Assembly (NCBI GenBank): GCA_002753465.1
Contig: PEAF01000004.1
Location: 474-64,473, forward strand
Origin: Candidatus Omnitrophota bacterium
GTDB taxonomy: Bacteria; Omnitrophota; Gorgyraeia; Zapsychrales; Fredricksoniimonadaceae
DNA length: 64,000 bases
Reading direction: 5' to 3'
This document shows, one piece after another, positions 27,380 through 36,583 of the stretch. The notes beneath the pieces were generated by a model. That model was not told the origin of the DNA. It saw only the letters and a program-made list of their open reading frames with translations, and searched no databases. How positions within the stretch are numbered: the stretch's first letter is position 1; each line of letters starts with the position of its first letter. A program made the position numbers and the translations under genes.

Positions 27380-29125
27380 ATGGAATACAACATCAGAGAT
27401 AACAAGATCATCCTTAATATCCACGACCGTATTTGTGAGACGGAAGAGGAGATCCTTTCGAGCGAGCTTTTTGAAGGCGTGGTGACCTCAGCCATCAAGA
27501 AATTGACCAAACGCCGCTCGATCTTACTGGATGTTTTCGGTAAGAAGGATGTTGTTAAGGAGGATGTTGATCATTTGATCGAAACACTTAAAGTCCTTAA
27601 GAAAGTACCTGCGGCTCAGGCTGTAAAGATATTGCCAACGGCCAGTGTTCTTTTAAGTGATCCGGCGCGGTTCAATGATTTCATTGAATATCTTTATAAT
27701 TACTGGCGCAGTTTTGACCGGTTCATTATTTCTGATTCCCAGGGGCGTTCATGGGACCGGATGCCATATCGCACGTTCAATGCCACCATCGGCCAATTGA
27801 CCAATCTGGTGCGCAGCATGTACCGTGACATTCAGGAAAATGTGACGGGGCAGCATCCGCGCATTTACCGTCAGGTAGCGGCCGGGGCCGAGGTTTCGAC
27901 CATCGCCGTCAGTAAGGACGTGCCGTTCAAGAGCCAGGAGTATATGGCGCTCAACAGCGTCCCCATGATGCGCCAGATGCTCATTTATCCGCCGCTCATC
28001 CTTAATCCTCCGATGAATAAGCGCGGCGGACGTTTCGAGCGCGTGATGGAAAATCCGCTGAAAGGCATCGAGTTCAACAAGCGTGAATGGTTGTGTTATC
28101 CGGCCAAGGTCGGGGAACTTATTATCCTCATTTATTTTCATCATAGTGTGGCGGAGCTTGGGCATGCGCTATGTAATCTTTTTGAAATGGCGGATGATGC
28201 CGATCTTGACCGCGCGCCGGATGCGGTGTACGCCTATGGTGTTCCAGAAGCAGCGTTGGAGCGTTTCGGTTCAAGCCAGATCTTTTTTGATGATGAAAAA
28301 GCCGGCATGCTGGTGGGTGCTGTGCCGCTGAAGCCGGAATTCGGTTATTTCGGGTATTTGAAGAAAATGGTCCTGACTTTGCATAATGTCATCATGATGA
28401 AACGCGGTGTTCTGCCATTCCATGGTGCTTTGGTGCGTATCATCCTTAAGGGGGACCTCGACCGTACTTTACTTTTTATCGGTGATACGGGCGCCGGAAA
28501 ATCCGAGACGCTAGAAGCCTTGCGCTCTTTCGGTGAGGAGATCATTCAGGACCTTATTATTATCGCGGATGACATGGGCTCTATTCAAGTTAAGGATAAA
28601 ACTGTTCTCGGGTATGGCACCGAGATCGGCGCTTTCTTGAGGCTGGATGATCTGCAACCCGGGTACGCGCTGGGTCAGATCGACCGTGCGATCATCATGA
28701 ACGCGAATCAGGTCAATGCCCGTATTATCATCCCTGTGACAACATTTGATCAGGTTGTTAAAGGCGAAGAGATCGACTTTGTATTTTATGCGAACAATTA
28801 CGATGCGATCGATGACGATCATCCCGTCATTCAGCGTTTTGCGGACGCCGAGAGCGCTTTGAACGTTTTCCGTGAGGGAACGTCCATGAGTAAGGGCACC
28901 ACCACATCGACAGGCCTTACGCATTCCTATTTTGCTAACGTGTTTGGTCCCGCGCAATACAAGGATATGCACGAACCTTTGGCCAAGAAATATTTTGAGG
29001 ATTTCTTCAAGCACGATGTCTTTGTGGGGCAGGTGCGTACACGCCTCGGGCTTGCCGGCTGGGAGCGTAAAGGGCCTGAAGAGGCGGCAAAAGAACTGCT
29101 CAGGGTCATTCAGCAGAAGGTGTAA
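27380..29125 (+). CDS. HprK/PEPCK-superfamily P-loop kinase-like protein with an unknown ~350-aa N-terminal region
   Basis: GVLPFHGALVRI..LLFIGDTGAGKSETLEAL..IIIADDMGSI..GTEIGAFLRL parallels HprK (GxSGxGKSE, ADD) and PEPCK (GLSGTGKTT, GDDEH). ATG 27380 is preferred over GTG 27374. Confidence 0.5.
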   Translation: MEYNIRDNKIILNIHDRICETEEEILSSELFEGVVTSAIKKLTKRRSILLDVFGKKDVVKEDVDHLIETLKVLKKVPAAQAVKILPTASVLLSDPARFNDFIEYLYNYWRSFDRFIISDSQGRSWDRMPYRTFNATIGQLTNLVRSMYRDIQENVTGQHPRIYRQVAAGAEVSTIAVSKDVPFKSQEYMALNSVPMMRQMLIYPPLILNPPMNKRGGRFERVMENPLKGIEFNKREWLCYPAKVGELIILIYFHHSVAELGHALCNLFEMADDADLDRAPDAVYAYGVPEAALERFGSSQIFFDDEKAGMLVGAVPLKPEFGYFGYLKKMVLTLHNVIMMKRGVLPFHGALVRIILKGDLDRTLLFIGDTGAGKSETLEALRSFGEEIIQDLIIIADDMGSIQVKDKTVLGYGTEIGAFLRLDDLQPGYALGQIDRAIIMNANQVNARIIIPVTTFDQVVKGEEIDFVFYANNYDAIDDDHPVIQRFADAESALNVFREGTSMSKGTTTSTGLTHSYFANVFGPAQYKDMHEPLAKKYFEDFFKHDVFVGQVRTRLGLAGWERKGPEEAAKELLRVIQQKV

Positions 29126-29128
29126 GTT

Positions 29129-29761
29129 TTGAGACACTCCTATCGACAAAAATATTGGAAGGGTGTGATACTGTTCATACTTTTCCTTGTAATAGGAGGG
29201 TATATGTTACCCATAACGGATGTATTAGCCGCAGATATCAAGAAGGCGGTTTTCGCCGGCGGGTGTTTTTGGTGTATGCAGCCTTCTTTTGATCGAGTTC
29301 AGGGCGTGATGGCAACAACGGTCGGTTACACCGGCGGGCATGATGCTAATCCTACGTATGAAGAAGTTTCATCGGGCACTACCGGGCATGTTGAGGCGAT
29401 AGAGGTTGTGTATGATCCTGCTAAGGTAACATACGAAAAATTGCTCGATACGTTCTGGAAAAGTATTGATCCTACGGATATTGACGGGCAGTTCGCTGAT
29501 CAGGGCTCACAGTATAAATCAGTTATTTTTTATCAAAATGAAGATGAACGTCAGAAGGCGCAGTTATCCCGTGATGCTTTAGGCGCGTCGGGGCGTTTTG
29601 ACATCCCCATTGTCACTCAGATCCTTCCTGCCAAACCATTTTATCCCGCTGAAGAGTATCACCAGCATTACTATTTGAAGAATGTCCTGCATTACAACAC
29701 TTATAAGAAGGGCTCAGGGCGCGAAGGCTTCCTTGAACGTACGTGGGGAGCTGCAAAGTAG
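29129..29761 (+). CDS. msrA: Peptide-methionine (S)-S-oxide reductase
   Basis: AVFAGGCFWCMQPSF and GYTGG. TTG 29129 gives an N-terminal TM anchor. Alternative ATG 29204 sits behind GGAGGG. Confidence 0.85.
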   Translation: MRHSYRQKYWKGVILFILFLVIGGYMLPITDVLAADIKKAVFAGGCFWCMQPSFDRVQGVMATTVGYTGGHDANPTYEEVSSGTTGHVEAIEVVYDPAKVTYEKLLDTFWKSIDPTDIDGQFADQGSQYKSVIFYQNEDERQKAQLSRDALGASGRFDIPIVTQILPAKPFYPAEEYHQHYYLKNVLHYNTYKKGSGREGFLERTWGAAK

Positions 29762-29806
29762 GTTCGTGCCGATGCGTCGGAATAAGCACTCATTTCTCGT
29801 TTTGTC

Positions 29807-29835
29807 TTGATAAAAACTTCTAATATTCTTATACT
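29807..29835 (+). promoter_or_regulatory. Sigma70-type promoter candidate
   Basis: TTGATA-17 nt-TATACT, about 28 nt upstream of the SPFH gene start. Confidence 0.45.
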
Positions 29836-29862
29836 TGTTGAAGTTCCGGCAAAGGAGAAAAC

Positions 29863-30921
29863 ATGCATAATGAAATTCGCGATAAACTGAACGAACATTT
29901 TAATTTTAATTGGGAGAACTTTAATATGAATAAGGGTTCAGCTTTTTTTCTAGGGGCGATCATCATTGTCATGATGGCGTTCTGGATGTTCGTCGGGATC
30001 GTCGATATCAAGCCGACCGAAGTGGGCGTTGAAATTGATAAGGTTCAGGGCAAGGTCATGGAAATGCCGCGCGGCGTCGGTTATCACGTTTTTAATAAAG
30101 TTTCGACCGATATTGTTGTTTATAACGTAGCGGCCCGGGCTTTTCCGGGGGATGTGATGAAAAGCGAGAATAGCGATAATTACAGCCTTGACCTTAAGAC
30201 GAATGACGGACAGAACATCCGCGTTGATCTGACGGTGCTTTATGCGTTGAAGCCTAATGAGGTGCCGGCGCTGCATCAGACGATCGGGTCAAATTACGAA
30301 GATCAGATCCTGTTGCCGCAGATCCGTTCGGAAGCACGCATTGCTATCGGTAGCTATGCGGCTGAAGAGATCTATAGCGGTAAGGTGCGTGATGCGATCC
30401 AGAAAGAGATCGCCACCCGTTTGCAGAACGCGGTAGCCAAGTTCCCGGCCATTCAGATCCAGGATGCGCTTATCCGTCATTTTGCATTCAGCGTTGAATT
30501 TGAACGTGCCATCGAGCAGAAAAAGCTGGCAGCGCAGCAGGTAGAAATTAACAAGAACCGGGCGATGGCGCAGGAAGAAGAATCCAAGCGTATGGAAGCT
30601 GAAGCGCGCGGCGGTAAGTTAAGGGCCATTCAGGATGCCGAAGGGCGTGCGCAGTCAGCCAAGATCGAGGCCGATGCCGAGCGTTATAAACTTGAGCAGG
30701 AAGCATTGGGTAAGCTGGCTAATTATAAAGCTGATGCCGAGGGTAAGAAGCTCCAGGCGGATGCTTTGGGCGGTGGACAAAATGTAGTCGCGCTCAAGTT
30801 TGCCGAGAATATTTCTGACAAGTTCCGCATTTTTGCTGTGCCAATCGGACAAAATTCGACAAGTTTGATGGACCTTAGCGGTATTATGAAGGGCATGTTC
30901 ACGCAGGCGGCAAAAGAATAG
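29863..30921 (+). CDS. SPFH/Band-7 (prohibitin/flotillin-like) membrane protein
   Basis: N-terminal TM segment, an SPFH core, and a coiled Ala/Glu/Gln-rich tail (KKLAAQQVEINKNRAMAQEEESKRMEAEARG). AAGGAG Shine-Dalgarno. Confidence 0.8.
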   Translation: MHNEIRDKLNEHFNFNWENFNMNKGSAFFLGAIIIVMMAFWMFVGIVDIKPTEVGVEIDKVQGKVMEMPRGVGYHVFNKVSTDIVVYNVAARAFPGDVMKSENSDNYSLDLKTNDGQNIRVDLTVLYALKPNEVPALHQTIGSNYEDQILLPQIRSEARIAIGSYAAEEIYSGKVRDAIQKEIATRLQNAVAKFPAIQIQDALIRHFAFSVEFERAIEQKKLAAQQVEINKNRAMAQEEESKRMEAEARGGKLRAIQDAEGRAQSAKIEADAERYKLEQEALGKLANYKADAEGKKLQADALGGGQNVVALKFAENISDKFRIFAVPIGQNSTSLMDLSGIMKGMFTQAAKE

Positions 30922-30930
30922 GAGGCCGGT

Positions 30931-31032
30931 ATGGTATCATTTCTAGAGACAGCGGTTTTATTGCAGGCGATCATCATCGGATTTCTTTTGTTCAAGGTTT
31001 TAGAAATACAGAAGAAAAAGGATGAAAAATAA
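30931..31032 (+). CDS. 33-aa single-TM mini-protein (not in the ORF track)
   Basis: AGGAGG 5 nt before the ATG. MVSFLETAVLLQAIIIGFLLFKVLEIQKKKDEK. Lies between the SPFH stop and a terminator. Confidence 0.45.
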   Translation: MVSFLETAVLLQAIIIGFLLFKVLEIQKKKDEK

Positions 31033-31049
31033 GCGTTAATTTATTTGGG

Positions 31050-31089
31050 AAAGCCCTCTGAGGACCGATATCTTCAGGGGGCTTTTTTA
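31050..31089 (+). terminator. Rho-independent terminator
   Basis: aaagccctctgagg-(loop)-cttcagggggcttt followed by tttt. Confidence 0.65.
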
Positions 31090-31156
31090 TGGGGACATGT
31101 ACCATTAATCCGCGAAGCGAATTTGGCACGTGTCCCCATAACTATAGGACTATTTT

Positions 31157-32020
31157 ATGTGGCTGGTTTTATCATTTCTCACAGCGATCTTTACTTCAGC
31201 TCAGGATATCATTTCCAAGCGTGTGTCCACACGCGTGAGCCCTTATGTGACAACCTGGGCGGTCAGTTTCTTCTCGATCCCTTTTTCCGCCGTACTGCTT
31301 TTCTGGGAGAAACCGGCGGTTCACGACCCGGTGTTCTGGGTAGCGCTGGCCGCAACGACCGTAACGCTGACCACAGCGTCAGTTTATTTCTTTAAAGCTA
31401 TTGAAGCGTCTGATCTGACGTTAAGTATCCCGCTGCTCAGTTTTACGCCGCTCATGCTTTTAGTGACCTCACCGCTGATCGTGGGGGAGTTCCCCAAGCC
31501 TTTGGGAATCGTTGGCATGGTCCTGACCGTGCTGGGATGTTATATCCTGTTTTATCATCCCGATCAGGAGGACATTCTGGCGCCTTTCAGGCGCTTGATC
31601 AAGGCGCGCGGCAGCCGGTACATGCTCATTGTGGCCATTCTCTACAGCATAGGCGCCAATGTCGACAAGCTGGGTATGAAGGCGTCATCGCCTTTGTTGT
31701 GGAGCCTATCGCTGAACAGTGCCGTTTCTGTTGTCGCGGCCATCTTGATGCTGGTTAAGGTCAGGCAGCCGCTGCGCCAGATCAAGCCGGTGTGGGGGTG
31801 GCTGGTCCTTTTAGGCTTTTTCATGGCCCTGAGTTTCTTTGTTCAGATGCATGCTTTAAAGATCGCCATTGTGCCGTATGTGATCGCGGTCAAGCGTACG
31901 AGCATTATCCTGACAGCCCTCTGGGGCGTATGGTTCCTGAAAGAGAAGGGCGGGCGCGAAAGGCTTCTGGCCGTGCTCCTTATGGTGGCCGGCGTTTTCA
32001 TCATATCTTTTGCGCATTAA
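31157..32020 (+). CDS. EamA/DMT-family transporter
   Basis: Ten-TM profile with a two-fold EamA-like architecture. Confidence 0.7.
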   Translation: MWLVLSFLTAIFTSAQDIISKRVSTRVSPYVTTWAVSFFSIPFSAVLLFWEKPAVHDPVFWVALAATTVTLTTASVYFFKAIEASDLTLSIPLLSFTPLMLLVTSPLIVGEFPKPLGIVGMVLTVLGCYILFYHPDQEDILAPFRRLIKARGSRYMLIVAILYSIGANVDKLGMKASSPLLWSLSLNSAVSVVAAILMLVKVRQPLRQIKPVWGWLVLLGFFMALSFFVQMHALKIAIVPYVIAVKRTSIILTALWGVWFLKEKGGRERLLAVLLMVAGVFIISFAH

Positions 32021-32077
32021 CCCGATAATTCCTTATTCTCGTATTGATATTTTCCGGGTACAGTTATACAATAAATC

Positions 32078-32584
32078 ATGCTTTTACATCATGATAAAGA
32101 TACGGCCTTGAAGCTAAAGAAATTGTTCGCCGTGGAATGGGTGATGTTCTGGCTTTTTGGGTTGTTCTGGGCGGCCGCGATGTTCCTTCCGCTTTTCTTG
32201 ACAGGGTCATTTGAAAATAAACAGCAGATACCGCAAAGCCTGCTGATCATGTTCGGGCTTTATTTGATGTATTTGGTTGTGCGCTGTGTTCATTGGCTTG
32301 GCCAAAGTCTTTTTAAAGCCTATTTGCATTCTAATTTATTTTTCAAGAGCGAGTTCGAAAAGGTTGCCGCTGACGAATGGTTCAGGTTTGTAGTCCTGGC
32401 GATCTTTTGGTCCATGATCATGGCGTTCCCGATGTATGCGGCGGGGTTCTTTGTCGATCGTTTCGCATGGCCGGTGGCATTGGCGATACTTTTGGGACCG
32501 TATGCGGGGTATCTTTGCTTGCGGCTCGGGCTTTTTTTGATTCAATCGTTCTTTTGGGCTTTTGGTGAAGGGCTTAAGAAGTAA
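32078..32584 (+). CDS. Hypothetical membrane protein
   Basis: Four hydrophobic segments and no recognised motif. Confidence 0.45.
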   Translation: MLLHHDKDTALKLKKLFAVEWVMFWLFGLFWAAAMFLPLFLTGSFENKQQIPQSLLIMFGLYLMYLVVRCVHWLGQSLFKAYLHSNLFFKSEFEKVAADEWFRFVVLAIFWSMIMAFPMYAAGFFVDRFAWPVALAILLGPYAGYLCLRLGLFLIQSFFWAFGEGLKK

Positions 32585-32610
32585 AATAAACGTTATACAA
32601 AGGGGGGAAT

Positions 32611-33291
32611 ATGGGTGGTTGGAATCAGATCGTGATCGTTCCGCTGACGAACATGCTCAATACAGTAGCGGTTTATTTGCCGTTTTTATTCGGCGCCATG
32701 ATCATTTTGCTCATTGGATGGATCATTGCTAAAACGATTGCCAGCGTTGTTCAGCAGGTCTTAGAGAGACTTAAGTTCAATGAGCTCTCGGCGCAGATCG
32801 GACTGACGGACATCCTCAATAAAGGCGGCTTAAGCCTTTCTCCGGCAGCATTGCTCTCTTCATTTGTTTATTGGGTCCTTTTCATTGTAGTGCTCGCCAC
32901 GACCATGCAGGCCATCGGCCTCGAAGTGGCGGCCAAGTTACTTGAGCGGGTGATGGGTTATGTACCTAACGTTGTTTCCGCTGTTTTCGTGGTCGTTGTG
33001 GGTATGTTCCTGGCGAATCTGGTGACAGGCATTGTGAAGGCCGCGGCCAATAATGCCAAGCTCGCCCGCGCTGAACTGCTGGCCAGTATCGCTAAAGGCG
33101 GCATCCTGATCTTTACCGCTGTGAGCGCCCTTGAACAGTTGAATATCGCGACATTCTTTGTTACAACCACATTCCAGATCTTCTTTGCGGCGGTTTGTCT
33201 GGCGCTCGCCCTGGCTTTTGGCATCGGCGGCAAAGACCTGGCGGCCAGGATCCTTTGGGATTTCTATAATCAGCAGAATGAGAAGAAGTAA
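32611..33291 (+). CDS. Conserved-TM-helix-repeat membrane protein (mechanosensitive-channel-associated family)
   Basis: The N-terminus VAVYLPFLFGAMIILLIGWIIAKTIASVV and the repeated TM pattern resemble the TM_helix repeat family. Confidence 0.55.
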   Translation: MGGWNQIVIVPLTNMLNTVAVYLPFLFGAMIILLIGWIIAKTIASVVQQVLERLKFNELSAQIGLTDILNKGGLSLSPAALLSSFVYWVLFIVVLATTMQAIGLEVAAKLLERVMGYVPNVVSAVFVVVVGMFLANLVTGIVKAAANNAKLARAELLASIAKGGILIFTAVSALEQLNIATFFVTTTFQIFFAAVCLALALAFGIGGKDLAARILWDFYNQQNEKK

Positions 33292-35293
33292 TACCTTGAT
33301 CGAGTTGTTTTTGGGAAAGCGCAGGGGGTTCATTGCCTCCTGCGCTTTTTTATTGGGAGTGATATCTGTTGCTTCCCAGGTTATTCTTATACGTGAATTG
33401 ATGAGCGTTTTCAGCGGGAATGAGCTGGTGTTCGTTGTTGTGCTGGGAGTGTGGCTTGTGGGTGTGGCGCTCGGAAGTTTTCTGTTGCGCGCTTCCTCAT
33501 GGATATGGGTGACAGGGCTTTTCTTGGCATCGTTGGTTGTATTGCCGGTAACGATCCTGGCGGTAAGATCCTTCAGGGCTCTTTTGGGTATCCCTATGGG
33601 AAGCTTAACGGATATCGGACGCGTTGTTGCGGTAAGCAGCGTTCTTATTTTGCCGGTAGCCGTTATTCTGGGCGGTCTTTTTGCTGTCCTGGCACGTTTA
33701 AGCGAGGATGCTTCCGGTATATACGGGAAGGAAGCCGCTGGGTTTACTGTGGGCGGTATTTTGATGGCGTTGATCTTTATGGTGCCGTTGCCAGCTGACC
33801 TTAACCAGCGCACGTCCATGATCGCGTGGCAGGGGTATGAGCTTATAGCACAGGAACAATCACCTTATGGCCATCTGATGGTCATTGAGCGCGGCGGGCA
33901 ACGCAGCCTTATTGAAAATGGCCGGCATCTTTTCACAGCGCAGGATGACCTTTCCGCTGAAGAGGTGCAGGTGCCGCTTTTAGTGCACCCCAACCCCAAG
34001 GATGTTTTTCTTGTCGGCGGGGGTTTTTCCGAAGCAGGGTCTCAAATGCTCAAGCATCCTTTGGAGCGCCTGGATTACGCCGAACTTGACCCCGTCGCCC
34101 TGCGCCTTGAAAAAGCTTTCTTTACATCTCACCTGGATATGCGGATCCATTTGAATGCAGGTGATCCCAGGCGTATCCTGGCCCGACAGGCCAGGCGTTA
34201 TGATGTGATCGTGATCAATGCCGGGGATCCTGTGAGTTTGCTTTCAGCACGGTTATTTACACGTGAATTTTATGACGAGGCACGTCGTCACTTGATGCCG
34301 GGTGGTATTTTAAGCATCACCATGGGCTTGTCAGAAGATTATGTGAATCCTCAAGGCAAAGCGTATGCTTCCAGTGTTTATGCGACTTTGTTATCTGTTT
34401 TTAAGGACGTTCAGGTGGTTTCGGGTGAGCGCATGGTGTGGTTGGCGTCCGATAAGAGGTATCATTTAAGCAGTGAGTTATTGACGGCGCGTTTGCACGA
34501 GCGGGGCATCGTTACCAAGTTTATTCAGGGGCATTATCTGAAGGACCGGATGGCGCCATGGCGCATCGCGGAGGTTTACGCCTGGCTTGATCCCTCCGCC
34601 GCGATATCAACCGATGATAAGCCTGTTGCAGCTGTTCGCGCGCTGGCATTTTTAACAACGCGGACAGGGTCGGCTTTCTCAACATGTGTAGAAGTTTTTG
34701 AGCGATACGGATTTTGGTTATGGACGGTGATCCCGGCCATGGCGTTGGCTGGCTTTTTCGGTCGCGGCATGGTTGGCGCTCCTTTATGGGGGATGGGGGT
34801 TGTCGGGTTTACTCAGATGGCGTTTCAAGTTGCCGTCATATTGAGCGTGCAGGCTGTTTTTGGACATGCGTATGCGATGGTCGGTGTTTTGACAGCAGGG
34901 TTCATGTTCGGGGTATTTATGGGGACACATTTATTTAAACACGTTTTGAAAGACAGCCTTGTGCCGGCGGGCCTGTTGGCGCAGACCCTGCTGGCAGGCA
35001 CGTTCATGGCTTGTTGGACGTGGTGGCCACAGGGGTTTTACTTTTTTCCTGTTGTAGCGGGTGTTTTCGGCGGCGGTTTATTCAGGGCTTATACGGCCAT
35101 CGCCGGTGAGGGTCGCGCGGGGGTTGTTTATGCCGCTGACCTTATCGGCGCGGCGGCGGGGGCTTTTCTTGTCGGACTTTTCCTGGTCCCTTTATGGGGG
35201 ATCACAGCAACCATGCTTTTTGTCGCGGCATTTAACGCGGCGATGTATTTGGGTGCGCGGTCTTACCCTGGTAAGGTATCGGCGCTTTTATAG
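33278..35293 (+). CDS. Membrane-fused spermidine-synthase-like (polyamine aminopropyltransferase fold) protein
   Basis: N- and C-terminal TM bundles flank SPYGHLMVIE..VFLVGGGFSEAG..YDVIVINAGDP. ATG 33278 is preferred; the track start at 33158 lies inside the upstream gene. Confidence 0.65.
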   Translation: MRRSNTLIELFLGKRRGFIASCAFLLGVISVASQVILIRELMSVFSGNELVFVVVLGVWLVGVALGSFLLRASSWIWVTGLFLASLVVLPVTILAVRSFRALLGIPMGSLTDIGRVVAVSSVLILPVAVILGGLFAVLARLSEDASGIYGKEAAGFTVGGILMALIFMVPLPADLNQRTSMIAWQGYELIAQEQSPYGHLMVIERGGQRSLIENGRHLFTAQDDLSAEEVQVPLLVHPNPKDVFLVGGGFSEAGSQMLKHPLERLDYAELDPVALRLEKAFFTSHLDMRIHLNAGDPRRILARQARRYDVIVINAGDPVSLLSARLFTREFYDEARRHLMPGGILSITMGLSEDYVNPQGKAYASSVYATLLSVFKDVQVVSGERMVWLASDKRYHLSSELLTARLHERGIVTKFIQGHYLKDRMAPWRIAEVYAWLDPSAAISTDDKPVAAVRALAFLTTRTGSAFSTCVEVFERYGFWLWTVIPAMALAGFFGRGMVGAPLWGMGVVGFTQMAFQVAVILSVQAVFGHAYAMVGVLTAGFMFGVFMGTHLFKHVLKDSLVPAGLLAQTLLAGTFMACWTWWPQGFYFFPVVAGVFGGGLFRAYTAIAGEGRAGVVYAADLIGAAAGAFLVGLFLVPLWGITATMLFVAAFNAAMYLGARSYPGKVSALL

Positions 35294-35408
35294 AATTTGG
35301 CCTCGGTCAGTCTGCCGGGCGCCGTCTCGCCGGATAATGGTTTTATCCATTTTAGGATAAATATCCCCGCCATAGCTGTCAGGCATGTTTTTAGGAAATC
35401 ACGTCTAT

Positions 35409-36383
35409 TCATGACCATATCCCCGGGATTTTTGTGCCGCAGTATTCACAGGCGCCATCCTTGAGATGGTTTTCGATCACATCATAGCCTTCACGCCGTA
35501 TCAATATCTTGCCGTCATGAGGGCAGTAGGTGTGATTGCCTGGATGCCCGGGGACATTGCCGATATAAATGAATTTCATGCCTTCGGACTTGGCTATATC
35601 CCAGGCACGGTTAAGGGTTTCCAGCGGGGTTGGCGGCAGATCGTTTAATTGGTACATCGGAGAGAACCTTGAAAAATGCAGCGGCGTGTCCGGCCCCACG
35701 TTGTCTTTCACCCAGCGTACCAAAGCCAGGATATCTTTATCGCTGTCATTCCACGTCGGGACGACCAAGTTGCACAGCTCGAGCCACACGCCCTGTTTCT
35801 TGATGGTCGTGATGGTGTCCAGCACCGGCTTTAAATGGGCTTTGCACATTTTGATATAGAAATCATCGGTCATGCCTTTGAGGTCGATCTTAATGGCGTC
35901 GGCCACCTGGCATAATTCAATGAGCGGCTTTTGCTCGATATATCCGCCGGAAACCAGTATGTTGAGGATGCCGTTTCTTTTGGCGCTCACGCAGGTGTCA
36001 TAGGTGTATTCGTAAAACACAACGGGATCTGAATAGGTGTAGGCAATGCTGCGGCATTGATGCCGCTTGGCCTGCCGGACGACTTCATCGGGCGGCATGT
36101 CGATATGTTCTGCTTTTTCGGGGGGTGTCTGGGATATTTGCCAGTTCTGACAGTAAAGGCAGTGCAGGTTGCATCCTGCGGTGGCCAGTGAAAAGGCTGT
36201 TGAGCCGGGAAGTATGTGGAAGAACGGTTTTTTTTCGATCGGGTCCACGTGTACGGTGCAGGGCGTCCCATAGACAAGAGAGAAAAGCTTTCCGTCGACA
36301 TTGGTGCGGACACGGCAATCGCCGCGCTGTCCTTCAGCAAGCTTGCAATGTCTCGGGCAAAGGGTGCATTCGACTTTATTCAT
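35409..36383 (-). CDS. AmmeMemoRadiSam-system-type radical SAM enzyme
   Basis: CTLCPRHCKLAEGQRGDCRVR N-terminal Cys cluster. CNLHCLYCQNW (CX3CX2C). PFL-activase-like length. Confidence 0.75.
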   Translation of the reverse strand: MNKVECTLCPRHCKLAEGQRGDCRVRTNVDGKLFSLVYGTPCTVHVDPIEKKPFFHILPGSTAFSLATAGCNLHCLYCQNWQISQTPPEKAEHIDMPPDEVVRQAKRHQCRSIAYTYSDPVVFYEYTYDTCVSAKRNGILNILVSGGYIEQKPLIELCQVADAIKIDLKGMTDDFYIKMCKAHLKPVLDTITTIKKQGVWLELCNLVVPTWNDSDKDILALVRWVKDNVGPDTPLHFSRFSPMYQLNDLPPTPLETLNRAWDIAKSEGMKFIYIGNVPGHPGNHTYCPHDGKILIRREGYDVIENHLKDGACEYCGTKIPGIWS

Positions 36384-36583
36384 GGGGCACTTTTCCAGTA
36401 TTTCCCCTCGTGCAGGGGTAGTTTCATGTCCATGATCTTTTGACGTGCTTCACCCGGCTTCAGGGTGTCGGCAGATGATAGGCCGGCAGTACTTATATTA
36501 TCAGTTATGATCGACCCCAGCAAGAACAGGGAACACAGCATAATGGCCATAAAAAGACGGTCATGTTTAGTCATGGAAGCCAC
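36380..36583 (-). CDS. 67-aa membrane-anchored mini-protein
   Basis: ATGA overlap with the downstream radical SAM start. Overlaps the upstream stop by 17 nt, or by 8 nt if the start is the internal Met (MTKHD...) at 36574. Hydrophobic LFMAIMLCSLFLLGSII. Confidence 0.45.
   Translation of the reverse strand: MASMTKHDRLFMAIMLCSLFLLGSIITDNISTAGLSSADTLKPGEARQKIMDMKLPLHEGKYWKSAP

Noticed and set aside
31045-31395. 116-aa plus-strand ORF spanning the terminator and the EamA gene start
   Set aside because: It starts inside a terminator hairpin and runs out of frame over the well-supported transporter gene.
33158-33277. Long N-terminal extensions offered by the ORF track (33158, 37747, 20898, 40562, 53662, 15233, 19829, 48551)
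   Set aside because: These extensions overlap upstream genes, terminators or the intergenic repeats and lack Shine-Dalgarno sequences. Downstream ATGs with SD motifs and family-typical N-termini were preferred.
32938-33819. 293-aa minus-strand ORF
   Set aside because: Antisense to the TM-helix-repeat and spermidine-synthase-like genes. It has a low-complexity Pro/Thr/Arg-rich translation and no start context.
35294-35408. Possible bidirectional terminator between the convergent speE-like and radical SAM genes
   Set aside because: Only short stems are present (ccgggcg/cgccgg, ggataa/ttatcc), with no adjacent T-run on either strand. That is not convincing enough to annotate.
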